From: Ginsengibacter sp.
GTDB taxonomy: Bacteria > Bacteroidota > Bacteroidia > Chitinophagales > Chitinophagaceae
Length of the DNA stretch: 64,000 bases
Assembly (NCBI GenBank): GCA_051953735.1
Contig: JBQCIM010000117.1
Coordinates: 18,319 to 82,318 of the forward strand
Reading direction: 5' to 3'
Within the stretch, counting starts at the first letter, position 1. Every line of letters starts with the position of its first letter. A program made the translations under genes and the position numbers. Below, piece after piece: positions 21,493-30,279 of this stretch. Under the pieces are notes generated by a model. The model saw only the letters and a list, made by a program, of their open reading frames with translations. It searched no databases and was not told the DNA's origin.

Positions 21493-22872
21493 TTACTTCA
21501 AATTCCGCCTCTCTTTCCACAATTGATTAAATGTTTTTTTGCAAAACTGGAGAGGCGCATGTTGTTTATCCCAATCTTTGAACAAACTGTTAACCACTTT
21601 CGTTTTCAGGTCGCCGTTTCCCATATTCATCAATCCTCTTTTTAGCGAAGCGAATTTCCATGCTTTCCACGCCATTTTCTCTGAAAAAGTGGTCATTCCT
21701 CTTTCAACACTTTCATTTCTGTTGACAAGTAGCAATGAATGAAGATTGATTTTTACAGGACAAACTTCTGTACACGCGCCGCATAAAGAAGATGCATAGC
21801 TTAAATGTTTATACTCTTTAAAATCTTTTAAATGAGGTGTAATAACACTTCCGATCGGTCCGGAATAGGTAGTTCCATAAGCATGGCCGCCAATATTTTT
21901 ATAAACAGGACAAACATTTAAACAAGCTCCGCAGCGAATACAATAAAGGCTTTCGCGCTGCACCTGATTTGCAAGAATATTTGTACGGTTGTTGTCTAAA
22001 AAAACCACATACATTTCTTCAGGTCCATCGTTTTCACCAGGTTGGCGAGGACCTGAAATAATGCTGTTATAAACCGTTACTTTCTGACCTGTTCCATAAG
22101 TAGCGAGTAGCGGCCAAAGCAAAGCCAGATCAGTAATTGAAGGAATCATTTTTTCAATGCCAACAATAACAATGTGGGTTTTAGGCCACGCAGAACTTAA
22201 TCGTGCATTTCCTTCATTTTCAGTAACGGCAACAGCGCCGATATCACTGATAACAAAGTTCGCGCCTGTAATTCCTATCTCGGCCTGAACATATTTTTCT
22301 CTTAATTTTTCCCTGGCAACAAGCGTCAATCCTTCGGGAGAAAGTTTGGAAGATGTACCTAATTTGTCTTCGAAAAGTTTTGCCACATCTTCTTTGCTTT
22401 TGTGCATTGCAGGCGTTACGATATGATAAGGAGGCTCGTCGTCCAATTGCTGAATGTATTCTCCCAGGTCTGTTTCCACGCTTTCGATTCCATGTTCTTT
22501 TAAGAAAGGATTCAAATGAATCTCTTCGGTGACCATGCTTTTGCTTTTCACAATCGTCTTGCAATTTTTTTCTTTGCAAATTGCCAAAATCTCCTCCAAA
22601 GCTTCCTGCGAATTTTCTGCCCAAATCACTTTTCCACCACGTGCGGTAAAATGTAATTCGAATTCTTCCAAATGCTGATCAAGTGTTTCCAAAGCACGCC
22701 ACTTAATATTCTTCGCTCTTTCTTTTACAAGAATATTATCTTCAAACTGTTGCTTAGCCTGTGGTACAACGGAATTGTATTTTCCAATATTGAAATTGAT
22801 TTTTTTCCGATGCTCAAGATCAGCACCTTTGACAGCGCTTTTTGCTTTAAATATTTCAACGGTTTCTGTCAT
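21493..22872 (-). CDS. lutB: LutB/LldF family L-lactate oxidation iron-sulfur protein
   Basis: KSKSMVTEEI, ETDLGEYI, CIRCGACLNVCP and CGACTEVCP ferredoxin motifs. Confidence 0.9.
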   Translation of the reverse strand: MTETVEIFKAKSAVKGADLEHRKKINFNIGKYNSVVPQAKQQFEDNILVKERAKNIKWRALETLDQHLEEFELHFTARGGKVIWAENSQEALEEILAICKEKNCKTIVKSKSMVTEEIHLNPFLKEHGIESVETDLGEYIQQLDDEPPYHIVTPAMHKSKEDVAKLFEDKLGTSSKLSPEGLTLVAREKLREKYVQAEIGITGANFVISDIGAVAVTENEGNARLSSAWPKTHIVIVGIEKMIPSITDLALLWPLLATYGTGQKVTVYNSIISGPRQPGENDGPEEMYVVFLDNNRTNILANQVQRESLYCIRCGACLNVCPVYKNIGGHAYGTTYSGPIGSVITPHLKDFKEYKHLSYASSLCGACTEVCPVKINLHSLLLVNRNESVERGMTTFSEKMAWKAWKFASLKRGLMNMGNGDLKTKVVNSLFKDWDKQHAPLQFCKKTFNQLWKERRNLK

Positions 22873-22928
22873 ATTTATCCGTTTCTTCTTGCTTGTAAAA
22901 AATAATTTAAAAACTTTTCCAAAATACT

Positions 22929-24116
22929 CTATTTCAACACGCCCAGTTCTTTCCCAACTTTAGTAAATGCTTCAATCGCTTTATCCAAATGCTTTTGCTC
23001 GTGTGCAGCGCTTAGTTGAACACGGATTCTTGCCTGTCCTTTTGCCACAACCGGGAAGAAAAATCCAATCACATAAATTCCTTCTTCCAATAATCTTGCT
23101 GCAAATTTCTGCGATAGAACAGCGTCATACAACATAATTGGAACAATCGGATGATTTCCCGGCTTGATGTCAAATCCTGCAGCGGTCATTCTTTCTCTGA
23201 AATATTTTGTATTTGCTTCCAACTTATCACGCAAATCAGTTGTCTCACTAAGCATATCAAACACCGCGATGGATGCACCTACAATATTTGGAGCAACTGT
23301 ATTGCTGAATAAATACGGACGGCTTCTCTGCCGCAACATTTCAATAATTTCTTTTTTGCCCGAAGTAAATCCCCCGTTGGCTCCGCCAAGCGCCTTTCCT
23401 AAAGTTCCTGTGATAATATCAATTTTCCCCATCACACCGCGATATTCATGAGTGCCTCGTCCTGTCTTTCCAATAAATCCGGTTGAATGAGAATCGTCCA
23501 CCATAATCGCTGCATCATATTTTTCTGCCAACTCAACAATTTTATCAAGTTGAGCAATCGTTCCTTCCATACTGAATGAGCCATCGGTAACAATAATTCT
23601 GTTTCTGCAATCTTTTGCTTCTTTTAATTTATTCTCCAAATCCTCCATATTATTGTGGTCATAGCGAAAACGTTTTGCCTTGCACAAACGAACGCCATCA
23701 ATAATACTTGCATGATTCAAAGCATCAGAAATAATTGCATCTTCTTCAGCAAATAAAGGTTCAAAAACTCCTCCGTTTGCATCAAAGCAGGCAGCATATA
23801 AAATCGTATCTTCTGTTCCTAAAAAAGCAGAAATCTTCTGTTCCAGTTCTTTATGAATATCCTGAGTACCACAAATAAAACGAACGCTGCTTAATCCATA
23901 TCCGTGCGAATCAATTGTTTTTTTTGCCGCTTCTTCAACTTTTGGATTCGATGCCAAACCAAGATAATTGTTTGCGCAAAAATTTAAAACTGTTTTTCCT
24001 CCAACTTCAATTTCAGCACCCTGGTCGCTGGTGATGATTCTTTCCTTTTTATAAAGTCCTGATGCTTCTATTTCTTCCAATTCCTTACCAATTCGCTTTG
24101 CAAAATTTTCATTCAT
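22929..24116 (-). CDS. kbl: Glycine C-acetyltransferase (2-amino-3-ketobutyrate CoA ligase)
   Basis: NFCANNYLGL, SVRFICGTQ, GTLGKALGG (PLP Lys), RQRSRPYLFSN. Confidence 0.96.
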   Translation of the reverse strand: MNENFAKRIGKELEEIEASGLYKKERIITSDQGAEIEVGGKTVLNFCANNYLGLASNPKVEEAAKKTIDSHGYGLSSVRFICGTQDIHKELEQKISAFLGTEDTILYAACFDANGGVFEPLFAEEDAIISDALNHASIIDGVRLCKAKRFRYDHNNMEDLENKLKEAKDCRNRIIVTDGSFSMEGTIAQLDKIVELAEKYDAAIMVDDSHSTGFIGKTGRGTHEYRGVMGKIDIITGTLGKALGGANGGFTSGKKEIIEMLRQRSRPYLFSNTVAPNIVGASIAVFDMLSETTDLRDKLEANTKYFRERMTAAGFDIKPGNHPIVPIMLYDAVLSQKFAARLLEEGIYVIGFFFPVVAKGQARIRVQLSAAHEQKHLDKAIEAFTKVGKELGVLK

Positions 24117-24264
24117 ACTTGTTTATTTTTGAAGCCACAAACCTACGAATGAATTGCATAAAGTTTTTGCTGAAAAAAAGTTTCATTCCATTTTGTAACT
24201 TTTATTTTCTTCATCCGTATAATATCAAAGCACGCTGAAGTAATCAAAAAATTACCTTGATTCT

Positions 24265-24750
24265 ATGACTGAGAAAGAATTTAATGATTGTGTAAATCTG
24301 TATGCGGACAATGTTTACAGGTTTATTTTAAAAAATTTAAGGCATGAAGATGATGCGAAGGATGTGGTGCAGGCAGCATTTGAAAAAATGTGGGTCAATC
24401 GTGATAAAGTGGAAACAGAAAGAAGCAAGTCTTATTTGTTTACTGTTGCCTATCATCAAATGATTGACCTGATCAGGAAAAATAAAAGAGTAACATTGGA
24501 AGAAGATTTTTCATCATCAACAAAGGCAACAAGAGAACCACAACATCAGTTGAAAAAAATTTTGAATGAGGCTTTGTACAGATTGAGTGAAACACAGCGC
24601 AGCCTTGTTTTATTGAAAGACTATGAAGGTTATAGTTATGAAGAAATTGCGGTTATTACTTCGTTGAGTGTGAGCCAGGTAAAAGTATACCTGCACCGAG
24701 CAAGAATCCAGTTGAAAAACTATTTGGTGAAACCCGAAAACGTACTTTAA
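24265..24750 (+). CDS. ECF RNA polymerase sigma factor
   Basis: Region 2 (DAKDVVQ..F..MW) and region 4 (EGYSYEEIA...VKVYLHRAR). Confidence 0.92.
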   Translation: MTEKEFNDCVNLYADNVYRFILKNLRHEDDAKDVVQAAFEKMWVNRDKVETERSKSYLFTVAYHQMIDLIRKNKRVTLEEDFSSSTKATREPQHQLKKILNEALYRLSETQRSLVLLKDYEGYSYEEIAVITSLSVSQVKVYLHRARIQLKNYLVKPENVL

Positions 24751-24751
24751 A

Positions 24752-25870
24752 ATGAACATCAACCGAAATAATTACGAAGAATATTTTTTACTGTATGCCG
24801 ATAATGAATTGACGCAAACAGAAAAAAAAGTGGTGGAAATATTTCTGCAGGAAAATGTAGATCTCAAAGAAGAATTTCTGATGATCCAGATGACGGTGAA
24901 TTCTCCTGAAAAAGAAATGAAACTTTCAGACAAATCATTTTTGCTAAAAACAGAACCCGCTTTCATCAACGAAAATAATTACGAACAAATTTTTGTTCTG
25001 TATCATGATAATGAACTTTCTGAAGAACAGAAAAGAGAAACAGAAAAGTTTATTGCAGAAAATGCAAGGTTTAAAAACGATTTTGAATTAATTGGAAAAG
25101 CAAAATTAGAATCTGATAATTCAATTATTTATCCAAATAAAAAAGGATTATACCGAAAAGAAAAATCAGGAAAAGTTATTCCGTTAATTTTGTGGAGATC
25201 CTTGGCAGCAGCTGTTTTCGTTGGATTTGGTTTATGGGCTGCAGTTTCTTATTTTAATAAAAATGAAGTTCATCAACCAGTCGCAACCACTATAAATCAT
25301 GCAATTAAAAACCCGGAAATAAAAGACGCAAAACCGAAACCAGTTGTTAAAGAGCATTCTGAAAATAAAGGAGAAAATATTGCTTCTTCTACGAAAAATA
25401 AACAGCCGGAAAAATTAGTTGAAGATGAATCAGAAAATAAAAGTGCGATTGCAACAGAAGAAAAAATAAACAAGGGATCGACTGCAAAAACAGAAACAAA
25501 AGTTGCTCCTGCAGAAGAAAAGGTTAAAATTATAAAACCGGAAATTAATCTTCAACTGGCTTCAAATGAGCCAATAAAAGAATTGCCTGAAGCTATTGAA
25601 AAGACTGCAAATTCTTTTGTAAGTAATACCGCAGTAAAGCAGCAAAACGAAGTTGATGCTGATATTTCAAAGCCCAATTATGCACATACGGCTTCTTATA
25701 TTTCTGATGCAGACGAAAAAAACGAAAACTATGTTTTTTATGATATTTCTACAGAAGAATTCCGAAAATCTAAGGTGGGTGGTTTTTTGAAAAAAGTAAA
25801 ACGAATTGTAGAAAGAACCAATCCTATCGCGCGTTTGCTCGGTGATGAGGAACAACTGGCTGCAAAATAA
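24752..25870 (+). CDS. Putative anti-sigma factor (duplicated N-terminal ASD-like segment, single TM, low-complexity periplasmic tail)
   Basis: Abuts the ECF gene; repeated NENNYE..F.LY.DNEL motif; TM WRSLAAAVFVGFGLW. Confidence 0.65.
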   Translation: MNINRNNYEEYFLLYADNELTQTEKKVVEIFLQENVDLKEEFLMIQMTVNSPEKEMKLSDKSFLLKTEPAFINENNYEQIFVLYHDNELSEEQKRETEKFIAENARFKNDFELIGKAKLESDNSIIYPNKKGLYRKEKSGKVIPLILWRSLAAAVFVGFGLWAAVSYFNKNEVHQPVATTINHAIKNPEIKDAKPKPVVKEHSENKGENIASSTKNKQPEKLVEDESENKSAIATEEKINKGSTAKTETKVAPAEEKVKIIKPEINLQLASNEPIKELPEAIEKTANSFVSNTAVKQQNEVDADISKPNYAHTASYISDADEKNENYVFYDISTEEFRKSKVGGFLKKVKRIVERTNPIARLLGDEEQLAAK

Positions 25871-25907
25871 AACATCAAATATTTTAAGGACGATAAATTT
25901 AAAAAAA

Positions 25908-26780
25908 ATGAAAACGACAATTCTAATTGTGAGCGTAATGCTTATGGCTGCGACGAGTTTCGCACAAACTGATTCAGTTCAGATAGGGAAAAAAGATGAT
26001 ACTATTCGCATCGGCGGCATGATCATTTTGAAAAAAGGAGAACCGGAAAATAATAAACACGTAACTGTAACTGTTGGAAATCGCAGAAAAAATAAAGAAA
26101 CTTCCAACATCAGCACTTCTTCGTTGATTTTTGATATTGGATTTTCTAACTGGACTGATAAAACCAATTACGCACAGGCAAAAGCTGATGGATATTTGGT
26201 TGGTTCTCCGAACTTGACAGCGAATGATTTTAAATTAAAAACTGTGAAATCCGTGAATGTGAATATTTGGTTTTTTATGCAAAGAATGAACCTGATAAAA
26301 CATTACGTAAACCTAAAGTACGGTTTGGGCTTAGAACTGAATAATTATCGTTTCAAAAACAATATCAGCTTCAATGAAGGAGGAATGAATCCTTTTAATC
26401 CTTCACAAAATATTCCACATCCATTTGTTTTCAGAGATACCGTTAACTTCTCAAAGGACAAGCTGGCAGCGGATTACGTAACGATTCCATTAATGCTGAA
26501 TTTCAGAACCAATCCTAATTATTCTGATAAAGGAATCAGCATCAGCGCTGGTGTAAGCATGGGATATTTATACAGCAGCCGTAACAAACAAAAGAGTGAT
26601 GCAAGAGGCAAAGAAAGAAACCGCGGCGATTATGATTTGCAACAATGGAAATTCTCTTATGTAGGAGAATTAGGACTTGGACCCGTGCATTTGTATGGCT
26701 CTTACAGTCCAAAATCAATTTTTAAAAATGATTTGAATTTCACTCCTTATACAATTGGGTTGCGATTGAGCAATTGGTAA
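25908..26780 (+). CDS. Outer-membrane beta-barrel protein (likely start ATG 25908)
   Basis: Signal peptide, amphipathic beta strands, C-terminal IGLRLSNW. Confidence 0.75.
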   Translation: MKTTILIVSVMLMAATSFAQTDSVQIGKKDDTIRIGGMIILKKGEPENNKHVTVTVGNRRKNKETSNISTSSLIFDIGFSNWTDKTNYAQAKADGYLVGSPNLTANDFKLKTVKSVNVNIWFFMQRMNLIKHYVNLKYGLGLELNNYRFKNNISFNEGGMNPFNPSQNIPHPFVFRDTVNFSKDKLAADYVTIPLMLNFRTNPNYSDKGISISAGVSMGYLYSSRNKQKSDARGKERNRGDYDLQQWKFSYVGELGLGPVHLYGSYSPKSIFKNDLNFTPYTIGLRLSNW

Positions 26781-26807
26781 CTTCTTCTCTGTGTTAGTTT
26801 TAATTTT

Positions 26808-26841
26808 AAAAAAACCTGCTCATTAAAAAGCAGGTTTTTTT
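26808..26841. terminator. Bidirectional intrinsic terminator
   Basis: AAAAAAACCTGCT-cattaaaa-AGCAGGTTTTTTT between convergent genes. Confidence 0.85.
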
Positions 26842-26890
26842 AGAATAATAAAAGAAAAATCTAAATTATTTGTTTGCTTACTATTCGATT

Positions 26891-28084
26891 TTATTTGCTC
26901 AAATGCATGCTTCTTTCACGGTACAATTGCCTGAAGTAAGGATCGCGAAGATCTTTGATAAAACGAATGGCTTCGCCGGTGCTTTTCATTTCCGGCCCAA
27001 GTTCTTTGTTTACCCCAGGAAATTTATTGAATGAAAAAACGGGTTCTTTTATCGCAAAGCCATTCAATTTTTTCTCAAAGGTAAAGTCCTTCAATTTTGC
27101 TTCGCCAAGCATTACTTTGGTGGCAATATTCAGATACGGAATCTGGTAAGCTTTTGCGATAAAAGGTGTGGTTCTTGATGCGCGCGGATTTGCCTCGATT
27201 ACATATACTTCTCCATTTTTGATCGCAAACTGAATATTGATAAGGCCTCTTATTTCTAAAGCTCTTGCGATTTTTTCCGCATATTCTTCCATTGTCTGAA
27301 CGACCAAAGGAGACAAATTAAATTGGGGCAATACTGCATTACTATCGCCACTATGAATTCCTGCCGGCTCAATATGTTCCATCACACCCATCACATGAAA
27401 GGTTTCTCCATCAAAGATTGCATCTATTTCTGCTTCCTGGCAGCGATCTAAAAACTGATCGATTAAAATTTTATTTCCAGGCAAATGTTTCAATAAGCTC
27501 AACACCCCATTTTCAAGTTCTTCATCATTCAAAACGATTCTCATTCTTTGTCCACCGAGTACGTAGCTTGGCCGCACCAAAACGGGATAACCAACCTGGT
27601 GAGCGATCTCAATTGCTTCATCTGCATCATGAGCAGTTCCGTATTTTGGATAAGGAATTTGAAGCTCTTTCAGCATATCGCTAAATCTTCCGCGGTCTTC
27701 CGCGATATCCATACTGTCGTAAGAAGTTCCAATAATGCGTACACCTTTTTCATGAAGTCTTTTTGCAAGCTTTAAAGCGGTTTGTCCACCCAATTGAACG
27801 ATAACACCATACGGTTTTTCGAGCTCAATTATTTCCCAAATGTGTTCCCAGAAAACAGGTTCAAAATACAGTTTATCAGCAATGTCAAAATCGGTGGAAA
27901 CTGTTTCAGGATTACAGTTGATCATGATGGCTTCCATGCCACATTCTTTAATTGCCATTAGGCCATGGACGCAGCAATAATCAAATTCGATTCCCTGGCC
28001 AATGCGATTAGGACCGCTGCCTAACACAATGATTTTCTTCTTTGATGAAGGGATGGATTCGTTGTGGGTGATGTTATTATTCAT
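26891..28084 (-). CDS. carB: Carbamoyl-phosphate synthase large chain, C-terminal half (carbamoyl-phosphate domain; no MGS domain)
   Basis: KKIIVLGSGPNRIGQGIEFDY, RPSYVLGG, EANPRASRT, GPEMKSTGE. Confidence 0.9.
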   Translation of the reverse strand: MNNNITHNESIPSSKKKIIVLGSGPNRIGQGIEFDYCCVHGLMAIKECGMEAIMINCNPETVSTDFDIADKLYFEPVFWEHIWEIIELEKPYGVIVQLGGQTALKLAKRLHEKGVRIIGTSYDSMDIAEDRGRFSDMLKELQIPYPKYGTAHDADEAIEIAHQVGYPVLVRPSYVLGGQRMRIVLNDEELENGVLSLLKHLPGNKILIDQFLDRCQEAEIDAIFDGETFHVMGVMEHIEPAGIHSGDSNAVLPQFNLSPLVVQTMEEYAEKIARALEIRGLINIQFAIKNGEVYVIEANPRASRTTPFIAKAYQIPYLNIATKVMLGEAKLKDFTFEKKLNGFAIKEPVFSFNKFPGVNKELGPEMKSTGEAIRFIKDLRDPYFRQLYRERSMHLSK

Positions 28085-28114
28085 TAACTGATTAAACTTT
28101 TTAAGAATTATATC

Positions 28115-29773
28115 TCATTCAAACGTACTATAAAAATAAGGCGTCTTCGCTTCGAACTCCGCGCTGCACGTGTCCACCATTTTATAAACCCGGCTGATTC
28201 CTAACGCTTTTCTTTTTTCATAAATATCTTCATCAGTACTTCCATCTTTCATGATTTTTGCAATCTGTTCATCGCTGAAGCCAAGATGTTTTGCTTCTGT
28301 CAAAAGTTCCGGTAAGATCTTTTCTAAAGTAGTTTTGGCCAAGGCTTTTTCACAGTTCACAATTTTCTGGATCTGGTAAATAAACCAGCGGTCAATGCCT
28401 GTGGATTCACAAATTCTTTTCACACTTACTCCAATCATCAAAGCATCTTTTATTCTGAAAATACGATCCCATTTAGGAATCTTTAAATACTCGATAATTT
28501 CATCGGCATGCATCAAACTTTTTCCATAATATCCTAATCCAACCGCATCATTTTCCAAACTCTGACACGCCTTTTGAACCGCTTCCGCAAAACTTCTTCC
28601 AATTCCCATCACTTCACCAACAGATTTCATCTGAAAACCTAATGTATCATCCGCGCCTTTGAATTTATCAAAGTTCCAACGTGGAATTTTTACAATTACA
28701 TAATCCAAAGCCGGTTCAAAATATGCGGAAGTTGTTTTTGTAATTTGATTTTTTAATTCATCTAAAGTAAAACCTACAGCAAGCTTCGCAGCAATCTTTG
28801 CAATCGGATAACCGGTTGCTTTACTTGCCAAAGCCGAAGAACGACTCACTCTTGGATTAATTTCTATCGCAATAATATCTTCTGTGTGGGGGTTTAACGC
28901 AAACTGAACATTACAACCGCCGGCAAAATTTCCAAGATTTCTCATCATTGAAATAGCCGTATTTCTCATCTTTTGATAAGCTGTATCGCTCAACGTCATT
29001 GCCGGGGCAACCGTAATAGAATCACCGGTGTGAACGCCCATCGGATCAAAGTTTTCTACAGTGCAAATGATGACCACATTATCATTGTCGTCGCGCAATA
29101 ATTCCAGCTCAAATTCTTTCCAACCCATCATTCCTTTTTCTACCAAAACCTCATGAACAGGCGAGGTAGTTAACGCCCGGTTAAGCGCTTCATCCAAACG
29201 TGATTTCTCAAAAACAATGCTTCCTCCGGTTCCTCCTAAAGTGTATGAAGGCCGCAATACAAGTGGAAACCCAATTTCCTGTGCATATTCCTTTCCTTCC
29301 AAAAATGAATTCGCAATTTTTGCAGGAGCTACCGGAATATTCATTTCGATCATCCACTCACGAAATTTTTCACGATCCTCAGCTTTATCAATCGCTTTAA
29401 TATCCACGCCAATTAATCGAATATTATTTTTTTCCCAAATCCCCATTTCATCTGCTTCTTTTGCGAGATTGAGCGCTGTTTGTCCGCCCATCGTTGCTAA
29501 AACTGCATCAATGTGCAACCCTTCCGCTTCCGTTTCTTCAATAATTTGTTCAATACTTTCGGGGTTCAACGGAAGCAAATAAACTTTATCGGCCATCATC
29601 GGATCTGTCATGATCGTGGCCGGATTGCTATTGATCAGAATCACTTTGATTCCTTCTTCTCTGAGGCTTCGTGCTGCCTGGCTTCCGGAATAATCAAATT
29701 CACACGCCTGGCCAATAACAATTGGACCTGAGCCGATAATTAAAACTGTTTTAATGGATTTGTCGAGTGGCAT
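28115..29773 (-). CDS. carB: Carbamoyl-phosphate synthase large chain, N-terminal half (carboxyphosphate and oligomerisation domains; likely start ATG 29773)
   Basis: GSGPIVIGQACEFDYSG, EINPRVSRSSALASKATG, YKMVDTCSAEF; ends at TGA 28117-28115. Confidence 0.92.
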   Translation of the reverse strand: MPLDKSIKTVLIIGSGPIVIGQACEFDYSGSQAARSLREEGIKVILINSNPATIMTDPMMADKVYLLPLNPESIEQIIEETEAEGLHIDAVLATMGGQTALNLAKEADEMGIWEKNNIRLIGVDIKAIDKAEDREKFREWMIEMNIPVAPAKIANSFLEGKEYAQEIGFPLVLRPSYTLGGTGGSIVFEKSRLDEALNRALTTSPVHEVLVEKGMMGWKEFELELLRDDNDNVVIICTVENFDPMGVHTGDSITVAPAMTLSDTAYQKMRNTAISMMRNLGNFAGGCNVQFALNPHTEDIIAIEINPRVSRSSALASKATGYPIAKIAAKLAVGFTLDELKNQITKTTSAYFEPALDYVIVKIPRWNFDKFKGADDTLGFQMKSVGEVMGIGRSFAEAVQKACQSLENDAVGLGYYGKSLMHADEIIEYLKIPKWDRIFRIKDALMIGVSVKRICESTGIDRWFIYQIQKIVNCEKALAKTTLEKILPELLTEAKHLGFSDEQIAKIMKDGSTDEDIYEKRKALGISRVYKMVDTCSAEFEAKTPYFYSTFE

Positions 29774-29909
29774 GAAATTGTAATGTGTGGGCGCCAAAAT
29801 TAAACGAAAGAGAGGAATTTAAAGTAAGAAAAATGTGAAGAAGTTGAAAATACCATTATTCCACGAATAAAAATCTCCAATATTTATCCTTTTACTGAAA
29901 TTTTTGCAT

Positions 29910-29933
29910 AAAAAAACAGGCTTTCACAGCCTG
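29910..29933 (-). terminator. Intrinsic terminator after the YtxH gene
   Basis: Minus strand CAGGCT-GTGAA-AGCCTG-TTTTTTT. Confidence 0.75.
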
Positions 29934-29959
29934 CTGTTAATTCGCCCCAAATAATTCTT

Positions 29960-30244
29960 TTACAAAAGATAATTCCTGTCTGAACCGTACAGGTTCTTAA
30001 ACATTTTTTTCAAAATATAAATTTTATCAATCCATTCATCTTCGCCTTTGTCTTTAAACTCATCCATATAATGTTCCACTTTTTCCACAGTCTCTTCTGC
30101 ATTATCCAGCAATTGCCGCGTCTTATCTTTCAAAAACTGGTAAAATTCATTTCTTTCCTCTTGTGGCATGCTTAAAAATTTTACAAGAGCCACGCCGGCA
30201 GCCGCTCCTAAAATAATTGCTGCCACCTTATTTGTTTTCGCCAT
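29960..30244 (-). CDS. YtxH-like small protein
   Basis: N-terminal IILGAAAGVAL hydrophobic segment followed by a charged helix. Confidence 0.7.
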   Translation of the reverse strand: MAKTNKVAAIILGAAAGVALVKFLSMPQEERNEFYQFLKDKTRQLLDNAEETVEKVEHYMDEFKDKGEDEWIDKIYILKKMFKNLYGSDRNYLL

Positions 30245-30279
30245 AGTGTTTAAAATTTTAAGTTCTTAGCTTTGTCGAT

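Noticed and set aside
28115-28117. Selenocysteine or alternative-code reading of the carB TGA
   Set aside because: No SECIS-like stem follows (the sequence is AT-rich and unstructured), the position is a non-catalytic linker, and TGA is a normal stop elsewhere (asnS, ric, ybeY)
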